Assembly (NCBI GenBank): GCA_030765645.1
Contig: JAVCCE010000074.1
Location: 41,551 to 105,550, forward strand
DNA: 64,000 nt
DNA from: Candidatus Hinthialibacter antarcticus
GTDB lineage: Bacteria; Hinthialibacterota; Hinthialibacteria; Hinthialibacterales; Hinthialibacteraceae
Direction: 5' to 3'
Below the pieces are notes generated by a model. That model searched no databases. It had not been told where the DNA came from and saw nothing but the letters and a program-made list of their open reading frames with translations. The translations under genes were made by a program, and so were the position numbers. This document shows, in pieces, positions 37,677 to 47,954 of the stretch (positions within the stretch are counted from its first letter, which is position 1; each line of letters begins with the position of its first letter).

Positions 37677-38570
37677 CTAAGCAGGATCGGGATACACCTG
37701 CGTTCCTACGCCGGTGTCGGTAAACAATTCAACCAGGACGGAGTGTGGGACCCGCCCGTCGATAATGTGCGTTTTCTTCACGCCGCCGCCGATAGCCGTC
37801 AAACAAGCCGTCAACTTGGGAATCATCCCGCCCTGGGCGTTTCCTTCGGCGATCATTTGTTGCGCTTCGGTCGCAGACAACGACGAAACAAAACTGGCGG
37901 GGTCGTCTTTATCTTTGAGGACTCCGCGCATGTCTGTCAACATGACGAGGCGTTCGGCCTTTAACGCGCGGGCAATTTCTCCCGCCGCAATGTCGGCGTT
38001 AATGTTGTACGCATGGCCGTCGTCGCCCATCCCTACGGACGAAATAACGGGAATGAACCCGTCGGTCTCAAGCGTATTGAGAATGCGCGGATCGACGTTG
38101 GCCACATCGCCGACATAACCGATGTCGAGTTCTTGCGACGGGTCTTCGCTATTGCGGTGCATTTTTTTCTTGGCGCGAATCAAGCGGCCGTCTTTGCCCG
38201 ACAAGCCGACGGCGCGCCCGCCTTCGAGATTGATACGCGCGACAATGTCTTTGCCGACCGCGCCAGTCAACACCATTTCGGCGATATCAACGGTTTCTTT
38301 ATCGGTGATGCGCAGCCCGTCGATGAACTCCGTCTCTTTTCCGAGACGCTTCATCAATGCGGTCACTTGCGGGCCGCCGCCGTGCACGACGATGGGGCGC
38401 ATCCCCACGTAGTCGAGCAACACCACGTCGCGGCAAAACTCCTGCTTGAGCGTTTCGTTGGTCATGGCCGCGCCGCCATACTTAATCACCACGGTCTTGG
38501 CGTAGAACTTCCTGATGTATGGAAGCGCTTCAATCAGATGCTGGGAAAAAAGTTCACGGTTGTCAGTCAC
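37677..38570 (-). CDS. argB: Acetylglutamate kinase.
   Basis: 'VIKYGGAAM' and 'VVHGGGPQV' amino-acid-kinase motifs. 297 aa. Confidence 0.9.
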   Translation of the reverse strand: MTDNRELFSQHLIEALPYIRKFYAKTVVIKYGGAAMTNETLKQEFCRDVVLLDYVGMRPIVVHGGGPQVTALMKRLGKETEFIDGLRITDKETVDIAEMVLTGAVGKDIVARINLEGGRAVGLSGKDGRLIRAKKKMHRNSEDPSQELDIGYVGDVANVDPRILNTLETDGFIPVISSVGMGDDGHAYNINADIAAGEIARALKAERLVMLTDMRGVLKDKDDPASFVSSLSATEAQQMIAEGNAQGGMIPKLTACLTAIGGGVKKTHIIDGRVPHSVLVELFTDTGVGTQVYPDPA

Positions 38571-38583
38571 GATTGTCGTCCCG

Positions 38584-39465
38584 CTAGTAGATCAATTTAT
38601 TTAATGGATATTCGATGATACCAACCGCCCCGGCGTGTTTGAGACATGGGATAATCTCGCGCACGGTTCGCTCGTCCGCAATAATCTCAATCGCGCTCCA
38701 GCCTTTTTCATACAAATTTGAAACGGTCGGATTGGTGATGCCTTTCGGCAAGGCCTTCATCACGGCTTCCAAATCAGCTTCTTTGACATTCATTTTGATG
38801 CCGACCTTGTCGTTGGCGTTGATGGCGCCTTCAAGCATCATCGCCATGCGGTCAAGTTTGTCGCGCTTCCACTTATCTTTGAACGCGGTTTTATTGGCAA
38901 TCAAGTTGGTCTGCGACTCAAACAGCGTGTCAACAATGCGCAGATTATTGGCGCGCAATGACGAGCCGGTTTCGGTCACGTCAACAATGGCGTCGACCAG
39001 ATCAGGACACTTCACCTCAGTGGCGCCCCATGAAAACTCGACGGTCGCATTCACGCCGTTCTCGGCGAGATAGCGCTTGGTGGCGTTGACCAGTTCGGTG
39101 GCGATGCGTTTGCCTTCGAGGTCTTTCACGCTATGAATGTCAGACTTCTCCGGCGCCGCCAACACCCAGCGCACCGGACGCGGCGTCGATTTGGAATAAC
39201 AAAGCGTGATAACCGATTCTACCTCCGAGTCGTTTTCGCGCACCCAGTCCTGCCCGGTGATGCCCGCGTCGAGCACGCCGTCTTCAACATAGCGCGACAT
39301 CTCTTGCGCGCGCAGCAGCACAATCGAAAGTTCCTGGTCGTCGCAGCTGGGGTAATACGAACGGTCGCGCACTTTGATTTTGTAGCCAGCGCGTCCAAAC
39401 AGGTCAAAGGTCGATTCTTGCAGGCTGCCCTTGGGCAAGCCCAGTTTCAATACATTTTCGCTCAT
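38584..39465 (-). CDS. hisG: ATP phosphoribosyltransferase, long form.
   Basis: 'KLGLPKGSL' N-terminus. '[18 protein letters not shown]' PRPP-binding signature. C-terminal regulatory domain. 293 aa. Confidence 0.9.
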   Translation of the reverse strand: MSENVLKLGLPKGSLQESTFDLFGRAGYKIKVRDRSYYPSCDDQELSIVLLRAQEMSRYVEDGVLDAGITGQDWVRENDSEVESVITLCYSKSTPRPVRWVLAAPEKSDIHSVKDLEGKRIATELVNATKRYLAENGVNATVEFSWGATEVKCPDLVDAIVDVTETGSSLRANNLRIVDTLFESQTNLIANKTAFKDKWKRDKLDRMAMMLEGAINANDKVGIKMNVKEADLEAVMKALPKGITNPTVSNLYEKGWSAIEIIADERTVREIIPCLKHAGAVGIIEYPLNKLIY

Positions 39466-39486
39466 GGTGTTTTCCTAAATTTATCT

Positions 39487-40611
39487 CTATTCAACAATCG
39501 TCAACGAGGAGCCCAAGCGGACGATTTTATACAGTTCTTCCACGTCTTCGTTATACATGCGAATGCAGCCGGCGCTTTTACGAAAACCGATGGTGTCAGG
39601 CTCGTTGGTGCCATGGACGCCCAGGCTGCTGCCGATGCCCATCCAGCGCGTACCCAGCGCATTATCAGGATCGCCCGGGTCTACGATGCCGCCGGTCGGT
39701 TTATACCAGCGCGGGTTTTCCTGTTTGGTCTCAATGGTGTACTTGCCCGCAGGCGTTTTATAACTCTGTTCGCCAATACCCACTGGATACCATTTGATGA
39801 ACTTCCCGCTTTCGGTCAACAGGTTCAAGCGGCATGATTCTTTTTCGACCACAATGCGAAACGGTTCTTTGGGAACCTTCAATCGCTTGCCGATGCGCAG
39901 CGAACCGCGCAGGCGGTTGGCTTCGTTCACATACCAGGCGGTGGTTCCGTACAGGCTGCCGATTTTAATGGGCGAGTCGCCCTTCTCGACCGTGTACAGC
40001 TGCGAAAATTCATCTAACGTCGGCGACCACAGCGTGGCCGAATTCATTTCGGTCAAACGGTCTTTCGCAGCGGCGATGACGCTTTGCGGCGCGTCCATCT
40101 CTAATAGTTCATAGAGATATTCGCGCTCTTTATCAACATTGCCTTCTTTGGCGTATGACGTAGCGATTCCAACCAGCGCTTCGCCGCGCAAGACCGGGTC
40201 GGTCGCGGACGCCACTTCACTAAAGATCGCCCGCGCCTCGGCGGGTTTTTCTTCCAGCAACGCGCTTGCCTGACGCTGTCGCGCCGTGAGGAAGTATTCG
40301 CTTTCGGAATACTCCGAGACAAGACGGTTCCAAATTTCGAGCGCTTCTTTGTGTCCGCCTTTTTCGTAGGCGAGCGCCAATTGATAGAGTGCGCGGGCCG
40401 CGCCGGGAAAGCGGTCTCCCGCCTGCACGACCGGCAGCAACGCCGGGATCGCCGTCTTCACGTCGCCCGACTCGATCAGCGATTCCGCCAGGTGCAACTG
40501 GTTCCAGCGGCCTTCTTCGACCCGCTTGTTATAGAGCAAAAAGCCCGCCGTACCGAGCGAACCCAAAAATACGAGAACCAATAAATAAATGAAAAATGTC
40601 CGGTTCAACAT
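39487..40611 (-). CDS. L,D-transpeptidase (YkuD domain) with N-terminal TM, TPR repeats and a LysM domain.
   Basis: C-terminal 'GTRWMGIGSSLGVHGTNEPDTIGFRKSAGCIRM' is the YkuD catalytic His...Cys motif. 'YTVEKGDSPIKIGSLYG' is LysM. TPR-like 'ALYQLALAYEKGG'. Confidence 0.7.
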   Translation of the reverse strand: MLNRTFFIYLLVLVFLGSLGTAGFLLYNKRVEEGRWNQLHLAESLIESGDVKTAIPALLPVVQAGDRFPGAARALYQLALAYEKGGHKEALEIWNRLVSEYSESEYFLTARQRQASALLEEKPAEARAIFSEVASATDPVLRGEALVGIATSYAKEGNVDKEREYLYELLEMDAPQSVIAAAKDRLTEMNSATLWSPTLDEFSQLYTVEKGDSPIKIGSLYGTTAWYVNEANRLRGSLRIGKRLKVPKEPFRIVVEKESCRLNLLTESGKFIKWYPVGIGEQSYKTPAGKYTIETKQENPRWYKPTGGIVDPGDPDNALGTRWMGIGSSLGVHGTNEPDTIGFRKSAGCIRMYNEDVEELYKIVRLGSSLTIVE

Positions 40612-40714
40612 GTCTCAACCTCCAAGTCCACAAACAAAACGACCAAACCGCCAACCTCATTGGCGCGTAAGACGACCTCATACGAAAACACGTATTGTAA
40701 CCCGCTTTTTCCAA

Positions 40715-40760
40715 AACCCCTGAAAAAAAGCGAAACCCGCCTCTCCACAACAAGGCGGGC
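40715..40760 (-). terminator. Rho-independent terminator after secDF.
   Basis: Minus-strand hairpin CCCGCC-ttgttgtggaga-GGCGGG (40736-40759), followed by a U-rich tract (plus-strand A-run 40717-40735). Confidence 0.5.
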
Positions 40761-40794
40761 GTTCGCCGAACATTCAAGCGGATGAGCCGTTGTC

Positions 40795-43422
40795 TTACGC
40801 AGCAGAACCCAAACGGTTGGGGTCAATCGCCTCGCCGTCGTCTTTGACTTTCTTCGGTTCATGCTTGCCCATCATCAACAGGATGGGGCTGGCAACAAAG
40901 ATTGACGAGTATGTACCCACCACAACGCCGATCAATAGCGTAAAGGCGAAGTCGTGAATGACCGGCCCGCCGACAATGTGCAGCGTTCCGATGACCAATA
41001 ATGTGGTGACCGACGTCAACACCGTACGCGACAAGGTCTGGTTGATGCTGTGATTGACGACGTCAGAGAAACTCTGTAAACCCGATGTGTAATTTTCGCG
41101 AATGCGGTCAAACACAACGATGGTATCGTTCAATGAATACCCAAGCACCGTCAGCAGCGCGGCAATGATGGGCAAGTTAAACTCCGTACCGGTTAACGCC
41201 AACATGGATAGCGTAAACAAAATATCGTGGAACAACGCCGCCACCGCCGCCACCGCAAACCGGAACTCAAACCGGGCGGTGATATACAGCAGGATGCCTA
41301 CGCTGGCGAACAGGATGCAATACAAACCTTTGAGCAACAGCTCGCCGCCGACCTTGGCGCCGACCGTGTCTGCTTGCAGGGTTTCAAACCCCCGGCCCGG
41401 GAACACCTCGCGAATCTTGGCGTCGAGTTCGTCTGAACTTTGCACCACGGCGTTTTCGCCGCCGCGAACCCGGATCAGCATTTGTTTGCCTTCGCCGCCT
41501 AGAACTTCCTGAATGACCGCGTCCGCAACGCCGATTTGCGCCATGCCGCCGCGCACTTCGTCCGCCGTGATGACGTCGTCAAACGCCAAAATTACTTCGC
41601 TGCCGCCGGCAAAATCGATGCCCTGGTAATTCTGCCAATTGGCGGCGAGAAAAATAAATCCAGCAAGGCCAATTGCCAAAGACGTCATCATAAAGACTTT
41701 GCCTTGCTTGAGGAGATTGTAGTTGGCGTTTTCAAAGAACCGGATATTGCCGATCGACAACGTCTCGGCGCCGCGCCCGGCGATAATATCAAACACCAGA
41801 CGGGTCACGAAAACGGCGGTAAACATCGAAATGATGATACCCAGCGACAATGTCACTGCGAAACCTTTAATGGGGCCGGTTCCAAATTGGAACAGAACCA
41901 ACGCCGTAATCAACGTCGTTAAGTTGGCGTCGAAAATGGTCATAAACGCGCGACCGTAGGCTTTGTCTAAGACAAGAGGCAGGTTTTTGGCGCGCTTGCT
42001 TTTCATTTCTTCGCGCATACGTTCAAAGATAAGAACGTTGGCGTCGACCGCCATACCGATAAGCAATACCAGACCGGCGATACCGGGCAGGGTCAGCGTC
42101 GCGTTAAAGAACGCCATGCCCGCCATCAGAAGTATCAGGTTCATTACGACCGCCAAGTTGGCGACCATACCGACAAACAGGTAGTACGCCGCCATAAAGA
42201 CCAACACAATGGAGCCGCCGATCATGCCCGCATAGATGCCTTTTTCAATCGAGTCTTGACCCAGTGACGGGCCAACCACGCGGCTTTGTTCAACGTGCAT
42301 CGGGGCTGGCAAGGCGCCTGCGCGAAGCACAACCGCGATGTGGCGCGCTTCCATGATATCGCCGATGCCTTCGATGACGGCGCTGCCGCCGCGAATTTCG
42401 CTGCGAATCACCGGCGCAGTAAACACGCGGTCATTCAACACAACCGCGAGGTATTTGCCTTTGTTGTCGCGGGTGGTGCGGTGAAACATCTTGCCGCCGT
42501 CGCTGTTAAAATTCAGAGACACGCGCGGTTGATTGGTGGTCGGATCCATCGTCGGGAACGCGTCATCCAATTCCGAGCCGGACACTTCAACCTTTTTCTT
42601 TACCAGATAGAGATAGCGGTGAGCGAAATCAAAATAGGGAGGGTAAGGCTCTTCTTCATTGCCCCACACAAACATCAGGTCGCGGTCGATCATGGCGTTG
42701 ACCGTCGAGCGCTGTAAAATCGTATTCACCAACTCGAAATTTTCCGGCGTCTGTACTGCAACCGCCGCTACCGAGCGCATCGGCATTTGCGCAGCCAACA
42801 GGCTCTGGAAATCTTCCGGCGCAGCAGCGTCAATATCGGAAATAATGCGTACCAGGTCCGGTTGCTCCGCGACGATATGGAAACTTAATTTTGAATCAGC
42901 GCTTACCAGCTTTTTCACGGCGTCGGGATCGCTAAAACCAGGCATTTCCAACACGATGCGGTTCGGCGCTTGTTTGATGATGGCCGCTTCGGCGACGCCG
43001 AAGGCGTCAACGCGGCTTTCAATCGCGGCGGCGGCGCTGTCAAGCACAATTTCTTTCGCATACGCGATATCCGAATCGCTTTTGCCCTGGGCGCGCAATT
43101 CCGCTTCGTATTCTTCGATATCCACTTCGATAACCAAGTGAACGCCGCCCTGCAAATCAAGACCGAGTTGCAGGCTGTTATCTTTCATCTCACGCAACGC
43201 GCGCTTCTTCGCCATGAGTTCATTTTGCAGCTCAACAGCATTTCCCTGGCCGGATTCAATCTTCTTTTCGATCTCTATGATTTCTGCCGAGCTGCCGGAG
43301 GTGCGCAGCAAGGGGTCAATCGAATAGAATTCGTAGGTAGGCAATAGCAGCCAGAGGGAAATCAATAAAACAAAAACAGTGATGGCGATTCGCCAGACGG
43401 GGACCCTCTGCATTTTACTCAA
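40795..43422 (-). CDS. secDF: Fused protein-export membrane protein SecD/SecF.
   Basis: 875 aa. SecD periplasmic domain 'LGLDLQGGVHLVIEVD'. Two sets of 6 TM helices. C-terminal SecF-type 'ILFASVGILLYITARFEFRFAVAAVAALFHDILFTL'. Confidence 0.9.
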   Translation of the reverse strand: MSKMQRVPVWRIAITVFVLLISLWLLLPTYEFYSIDPLLRTSGSSAEIIEIEKKIESGQGNAVELQNELMAKKRALREMKDNSLQLGLDLQGGVHLVIEVDIEEYEAELRAQGKSDSDIAYAKEIVLDSAAAAIESRVDAFGVAEAAIIKQAPNRIVLEMPGFSDPDAVKKLVSADSKLSFHIVAEQPDLVRIISDIDAAAPEDFQSLLAAQMPMRSVAAVAVQTPENFELVNTILQRSTVNAMIDRDLMFVWGNEEEPYPPYFDFAHRYLYLVKKKVEVSGSELDDAFPTMDPTTNQPRVSLNFNSDGGKMFHRTTRDNKGKYLAVVLNDRVFTAPVIRSEIRGGSAVIEGIGDIMEARHIAVVLRAGALPAPMHVEQSRVVGPSLGQDSIEKGIYAGMIGGSIVLVFMAAYYLFVGMVANLAVVMNLILLMAGMAFFNATLTLPGIAGLVLLIGMAVDANVLIFERMREEMKSKRAKNLPLVLDKAYGRAFMTIFDANLTTLITALVLFQFGTGPIKGFAVTLSLGIIISMFTAVFVTRLVFDIIAGRGAETLSIGNIRFFENANYNLLKQGKVFMMTSLAIGLAGFIFLAANWQNYQGIDFAGGSEVILAFDDVITADEVRGGMAQIGVADAVIQEVLGGEGKQMLIRVRGGENAVVQSSDELDAKIREVFPGRGFETLQADTVGAKVGGELLLKGLYCILFASVGILLYITARFEFRFAVAAVAALFHDILFTLSMLALTGTEFNLPIIAALLTVLGYSLNDTIVVFDRIRENYTSGLQSFSDVVNHSINQTLSRTVLTSVTTLLVIGTLHIVGGPVIHDFAFTLLIGVVVGTYSSIFVASPILLMMGKHEPKKVKDDGEAIDPNRLGSAA

Positions 43423-43560
43423 ACTCCTTTAGGACGTTAGGAACGAAAAATAGGGCGTTCAAGACCGTTTCCAGGGAACGCACGAAAGTGTACCTTACCC
43501 TTAGCCAGATACACAGTCAACGCTCGTAAATCAGTACCAAGTTGTGATTAGGATTTCCCG

Positions 43561-45528
43561 GTGAACGAATACAAACGTCGTCATTTCAACGATTTCCCAA
43601 CGCGTTTGGTCACGCGCTTTTGGCTGCCAGCGGCGCTTTTTCTCTTCGTGTTCGCTGCGGCGCGAATCACCCCGCCCGACCTCGCGTTTTATTACGCCTA
43701 TGGGCATTCCATGCTATATGACATCGATTTTTACTTCGCGCCCCAATTCGCCGCCTTTCCCTTCGCCAACCACGAACTCTACCTGTCGGCCCACGGCCTG
43801 CCCGCCAACGACTGGCCGATGGGCGCTGGCGTCCTCTGGGCGCCCTTCATGTTGTTCGCATCCATTTTGCGGATCGGACTCAACCTTTTCGGCTTTTCAA
43901 TCGAACCCGGCGGATATGCGTGGTTCGATCAATGGGTCATTACGTTTAGCGCCTCTTGGCTTTTTGGCGCAGGAACCCTATACGCCTCTTATCGCTTGGC
44001 GCGTTCCCACAAAATCAGCCATGCGAATGCGGTCTGGGCTTGCGCGCTGATGGCGGCGGGCAGTTCGCTCACCTATCATCTGTACGTCAATTCCGCCGAC
44101 TCACACCCGCCCTCAGCGTTCTTCATCGTCCTGAGTTTGTTGGCGTGGCAGTCATACAAACAGACCCCGCGCCTCGCCTTCGCCCTGTTTGCCGGGGCCG
44201 CGTTGGGAATCGCCGGGCTGGTGCGCCCCCACAATCTGTTATGGGGACTCACGCCGCTTCTCGATTGGGCCATCAACCCCGGCGATCAAAAACGCGTTAC
44301 CGTCCGGCCCGCTCATATCGCCGTCTTCATCCTAGCGACGCTTGCCGCGTTTCTGCCCCAACTGATGGCTTGGAAGGCGCTCTACGGCTCCTGGTTCGCC
44401 CTGCCGCGTTCTGGCGACGTGCTCTGGCTTCACCCGCACCTCTATGAGATGTTGTTTTCTGACTTCCACGGCATGATCTCCTGGTCGCCGCTGTTCGGCT
44501 TGGGCATCGCGGGCTTGCTCACTCAACGCCGCGCCCTGCCTTATTTGCTGCCGATGCTGCTGACCATCTACATTTATTCCTGCAACATCGCCTGGTGGGC
44601 GGGCGGCTCGTTCGGCAACCGCCGCATGGTGAGTTGTGCGCCGATCTTCATTTTAGGATTAGCCTGGCTCTTACAAGCAACGCCCAAAGCGTGGTTCAAA
44701 GGCTTCGCCATTCTCTGCGCCGTCTGGACGTGGCTGTTGTTGGTTGCAGAAATGGGCGGCGCGATTCAGCTCGACCACTATCAATCGTGGAGGGAGATAC
44801 TGGCCGTTATCCCGCAGGGAGTTCCGCCCGGTCTCAGCGCCCATTTCACCCGTATTGATTGGGGCGAACACGCCCTGTTGAGATTCATCGGCGCAGTCAG
44901 CGTCTGCGCGGCGATGCTTGTTCTCCTATGGCTGCATTGCCGGTTTGCGACGATCAAACGGACCGCTTACGTTTTCACGGCGGGACTCCTGCTTCTCTGC
45001 GCCTGGTCTGGCGCCGCCCTGCTGCGAACCCCGAACGCAATCAACCCAAACGAACTCACGGATTACATCCCCCGCGACCGCTTCACCTGGGTGGTGTATT
45101 TTGAAAAAGGCTTTTATGAAATGCAAACCCGCCAATACACCGACGGCCTCGAAAGCATGTTGGCGGCGGCCATCACCGAACCCAGCCACCCGCAACCCTG
45201 GATGTACATCGGCGCCAATCTGGAGTTCCACCAGATGCATGAGTTGGCCTATCTTTATTTTAAACAAGCGATGAGTTACGGCTCGCGCACATCGACGTTT
45301 TTCACCTTTTATCTCAACTCAATCAACCGTCAGTTGCGAACAGCGCCCACCGCTTTGCTATACAATGAACGCGGCGTAGTCTTGACCTTGATGAAACAAT
45401 ATGACCAGGCCGTCGCTGACTTTGAACGCGCACTTAAAATGGACCCGGACTATAATCCTGCCATAGAGAATCTAGACACCGTCAACAAACGCGCCGCCGG
45501 ACAATCGGCCCCGATGCGCTGGGAATAA
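43561..45528 (+). CDS. Polytopic membrane protein, GT-C-fold glycosyltransferase-like, with C-terminal TPR repeats.
   Basis: More than 10 predicted TM helices. 'AYGHSMLYDIDFYF' extracytoplasmic loop near the first TM. C-terminal 'YDQAVADFERALKMDPDY' TPR. GTG start with an AGGAT RBS. Immediately upstream of lpxB. Confidence 0.45.
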   Translation: MNEYKRRHFNDFPTRLVTRFWLPAALFLFVFAAARITPPDLAFYYAYGHSMLYDIDFYFAPQFAAFPFANHELYLSAHGLPANDWPMGAGVLWAPFMLFASILRIGLNLFGFSIEPGGYAWFDQWVITFSASWLFGAGTLYASYRLARSHKISHANAVWACALMAAGSSLTYHLYVNSADSHPPSAFFIVLSLLAWQSYKQTPRLAFALFAGAALGIAGLVRPHNLLWGLTPLLDWAINPGDQKRVTVRPAHIAVFILATLAAFLPQLMAWKALYGSWFALPRSGDVLWLHPHLYEMLFSDFHGMISWSPLFGLGIAGLLTQRRALPYLLPMLLTIYIYSCNIAWWAGGSFGNRRMVSCAPIFILGLAWLLQATPKAWFKGFAILCAVWTWLLLVAEMGGAIQLDHYQSWREILAVIPQGVPPGLSAHFTRIDWGEHALLRFIGAVSVCAAMLVLLWLHCRFATIKRTAYVFTAGLLLLCAWSGAALLRTPNAINPNELTDYIPRDRFTWVVYFEKGFYEMQTRQYTDGLESMLAAAITEPSHPQPWMYIGANLEFHQMHELAYLYFKQAMSYGSRTSTFFTFYLNSINRQLRTAPTALLYNERGVVLTLMKQYDQAVADFERALKMDPDYNPAIENLDTVNKRAAGQSAPMRWE

Positions 45529-45535
45529 AAACAAT

Positions 45536-46663
45536 ATGGACCAACGGCCTTTAAACCTGTTCATCTCCGTCGGCGAAGAGTCTGCTGACCATCACGGGGC
45601 GCATGTCGTTGAAGCGCTTCGTCAAATGCAGCCTGACATCAAGTGGTTCGGCTTTGGCGGCAAAGCGCTTAAGCAACAAGGCGTCGACATCCTCTACCCG
45701 TTGCCCGACTTGGCGTTGATTGGTTTTGTTGAGGTCATCAAACGCCTGCCGACCCTGTTTCATGTACGCGCCATTGCAGAAAAATCCTGGGACGAGCGCA
45801 AACCCGACGCCGTCATTCTGATCGACTACCCCGGCTTTCACCTGCACCTCGCCAAGCGGGCGCAGGAACGCGGCATTCCCGTGTTTTATTACATCGCCCC
45901 CCAGGCCTGGGCCTGGCGCGAGAAGCGGGTCGAAACCATGCGCGAAACCATCAAGCGCCTGTTTGTGATTTTTCCTTTTGAGGAACACTTTTTTCAATCG
46001 CGCGGCGTCGATGCGCAGTTTGTCGGTCACCCGTTGCTTGACCGCATCCCGCCGACCCCGGCGCAAGATCGGGCGCCGCTCGAACGCCCCGTGGTCGGGC
46101 TTCTGCCCGGCAGCCGCAAGAACGAACTCAAGCGCTTGCTGCCGACCTTACTCAGCGCGGCGAAACGGTTGCGAAAACAAAAACCCGAGACGCAGTTTTT
46201 CTTACCGCTCGCTGAAACGCTACCGGAATCTTTTTTGCAGAATTTTGATCTTCCCGATTGGTTAGAGGTAGGACGCGACCCCGATTATGCGCGGCGCAAA
46301 CAACTGACCTTCGCCTGGACGGCGTCGGGCACGGCAACCATGGAAAACGCGCTGCTGGGCCTGCCGATGGCGGTGGTCTACCGCAGCGGCGCCGTCAACG
46401 CATTTCTGGCGAGGCGGCTCATCCGCGTGCCGTATATTGGTATGGTGAATTTGATTGCGCAAAAAGGCATCTGCCCGGAGTTCATCCAGGAACAATGCCA
46501 CCCCGAACAACTCGCCCGCCATGCAGAAGAGTTTCTCAGCGACGCGCAACGCTATCAGGAAATGATTGACGACCTCAACGCCCTGCGCCAAAAACTCGGC
46601 GGCGAAAACGCAGCGCAACGCGCGGCGCAAGCCATTCACGCCGCCATTCTTGAGACGCTCTAG
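45536..46663 (+). CDS. lpxB: Lipid-A-disaccharide synthase.
   Basis: 'LFISVGEESADHHGA' N-terminus. 'LLPGSRKNE' conserved GT19 motif. 375 aa. Confidence 0.9.
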   Translation: MDQRPLNLFISVGEESADHHGAHVVEALRQMQPDIKWFGFGGKALKQQGVDILYPLPDLALIGFVEVIKRLPTLFHVRAIAEKSWDERKPDAVILIDYPGFHLHLAKRAQERGIPVFYYIAPQAWAWREKRVETMRETIKRLFVIFPFEEHFFQSRGVDAQFVGHPLLDRIPPTPAQDRAPLERPVVGLLPGSRKNELKRLLPTLLSAAKRLRKQKPETQFFLPLAETLPESFLQNFDLPDWLEVGRDPDYARRKQLTFAWTASGTATMENALLGLPMAVVYRSGAVNAFLARRLIRVPYIGMVNLIAQKGICPEFIQEQCHPEQLARHAEEFLSDAQRYQEMIDDLNALRQKLGGENAAQRAAQAIHAAILETL

Positions 46664-47925
46664 ACCGAAGCAGAAGGACGCTCAGTCGCGACCAAGCCGT
46701 ACAAATCCTTGAGCAAGTAGTACACAAACATCAACAGAAACGAAATCATACCCGTCGCGAGAACAATCAAACTGCGGCGCGGATACACCTTTTTGGGGTC
46801 AGGAATCGCATAATACGCGACTTTCAAATCTTGACGCTCTGAGGCGACGGTGGTTCCCGCCCAGTCAAAATTTTTCTCGATGCCAGCCACCACTTCAAGC
46901 GCCTGGCTCCAGTAGCGCTTTGATTCGGTCTCTTCGACATCAAGCCGAAAGAACTGCTCTTGTTGTTCGATGACCAACGCTTCCAGCCGCGCGATTTCTT
47001 TTTTCATTGATTCAAACTTGGCTTTCATCGCGGGCAGGTCAATCGTGAGTTTTATATATTCCGACCGTAATTGATAATAAATACCATTGATCGTTTCTTC
47101 AATGTAGCCCATGCCGGTCAGATCTTCGATTGACTGATTTGGCTTGGCCTCTTCAAGTTGATTTAATACCGTATTGTTACTGAAAATGCTGCGTTTCACT
47201 TGCAAGATTTTCTCAGGCGCATCGGTGGCGGAAAAGACTTTTTCAAAATATTCCTGCCGCGTCTCGAGTTCGCGGATGGAGTGGACCAGCGTGTCATGTT
47301 GTTGCCGAAGCGTGGCCAGAATAGTGTTATTGGTATCCAACTCGTTTTGTAGCAACGGCAGTTTATTTTTAACCAGCAAGTCGCGATAGTCGATTTGGTA
47401 ACGCATCGTCTGCTCTTGAATGGGAGTGAGTTCTTGTTGAATAAAACGGCGGCTGTTGTCTTTTTCTTCCATAATAATCTCATTGTTCAGTTGCAGTGCG
47501 CGGTTGGCGAGTTGGTTGGCGACGAGTGCGGCGAATTCGGGGTCTTCAAGTTCAACGCTTAGTTGAATCCGGGAAGACTTCTCGTTACTTCGAATTGCCA
47601 CGCGCCCAGCCAGCGCATTGATATGTTTAAGCCCAAACGGCTCTTCGCTCAAGCGGAATTCATCTATCACGTCCTGCAAAACCGTATCCGCCAGAAAGAG
47701 TTCCGAGTAAGTGTCCATCGTCATGCCCGGAAACATCATCGCCCGCTCGCCGATCTTCGAGTTCATCACCACCAGATCAACTTCGGCGCGGTAGCGGTTA
47801 TGGATCGTGTAAGAAAACGCGGCGGCCAATACCATGCACACCAGCGAAATAATCGCCATCATTCGGCCCCGGCGCCAGATCACCTCAAGGATCGATGCGA
47901 GTTGAATTTCGTGCTCCACGCTCAT
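46660..47925 (-). CDS. Polysaccharide co-polymerase / chain-length-determinant-like protein (Wzz/GumC/ExoP N-terminal type).
   Basis: N-terminal TM, then a long periplasmic coiled coil, then a C-terminal TM ('IVLATGMISFLLMFVYYLL'). Topology and length fit PCP family 1. The call rests on architecture only. Confidence 0.5.
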   Translation of the reverse strand: MSVEHEIQLASILEVIWRRGRMMAIISLVCMVLAAAFSYTIHNRYRAEVDLVVMNSKIGERAMMFPGMTMDTYSELFLADTVLQDVIDEFRLSEEPFGLKHINALAGRVAIRSNEKSSRIQLSVELEDPEFAALVANQLANRALQLNNEIIMEEKDNSRRFIQQELTPIQEQTMRYQIDYRDLLVKNKLPLLQNELDTNNTILATLRQQHDTLVHSIRELETRQEYFEKVFSATDAPEKILQVKRSIFSNNTVLNQLEEAKPNQSIEDLTGMGYIEETINGIYYQLRSEYIKLTIDLPAMKAKFESMKKEIARLEALVIEQQEQFFRLDVEETESKRYWSQALEVVAGIEKNFDWAGTTVASERQDLKVAYYAIPDPKKVYPRRSLIVLATGMISFLLMFVYYLLKDLYGLVATERPSASV

Positions 47926-47954
47926 TTCGGTTCCTTTCTGAAAAACGCCGACGA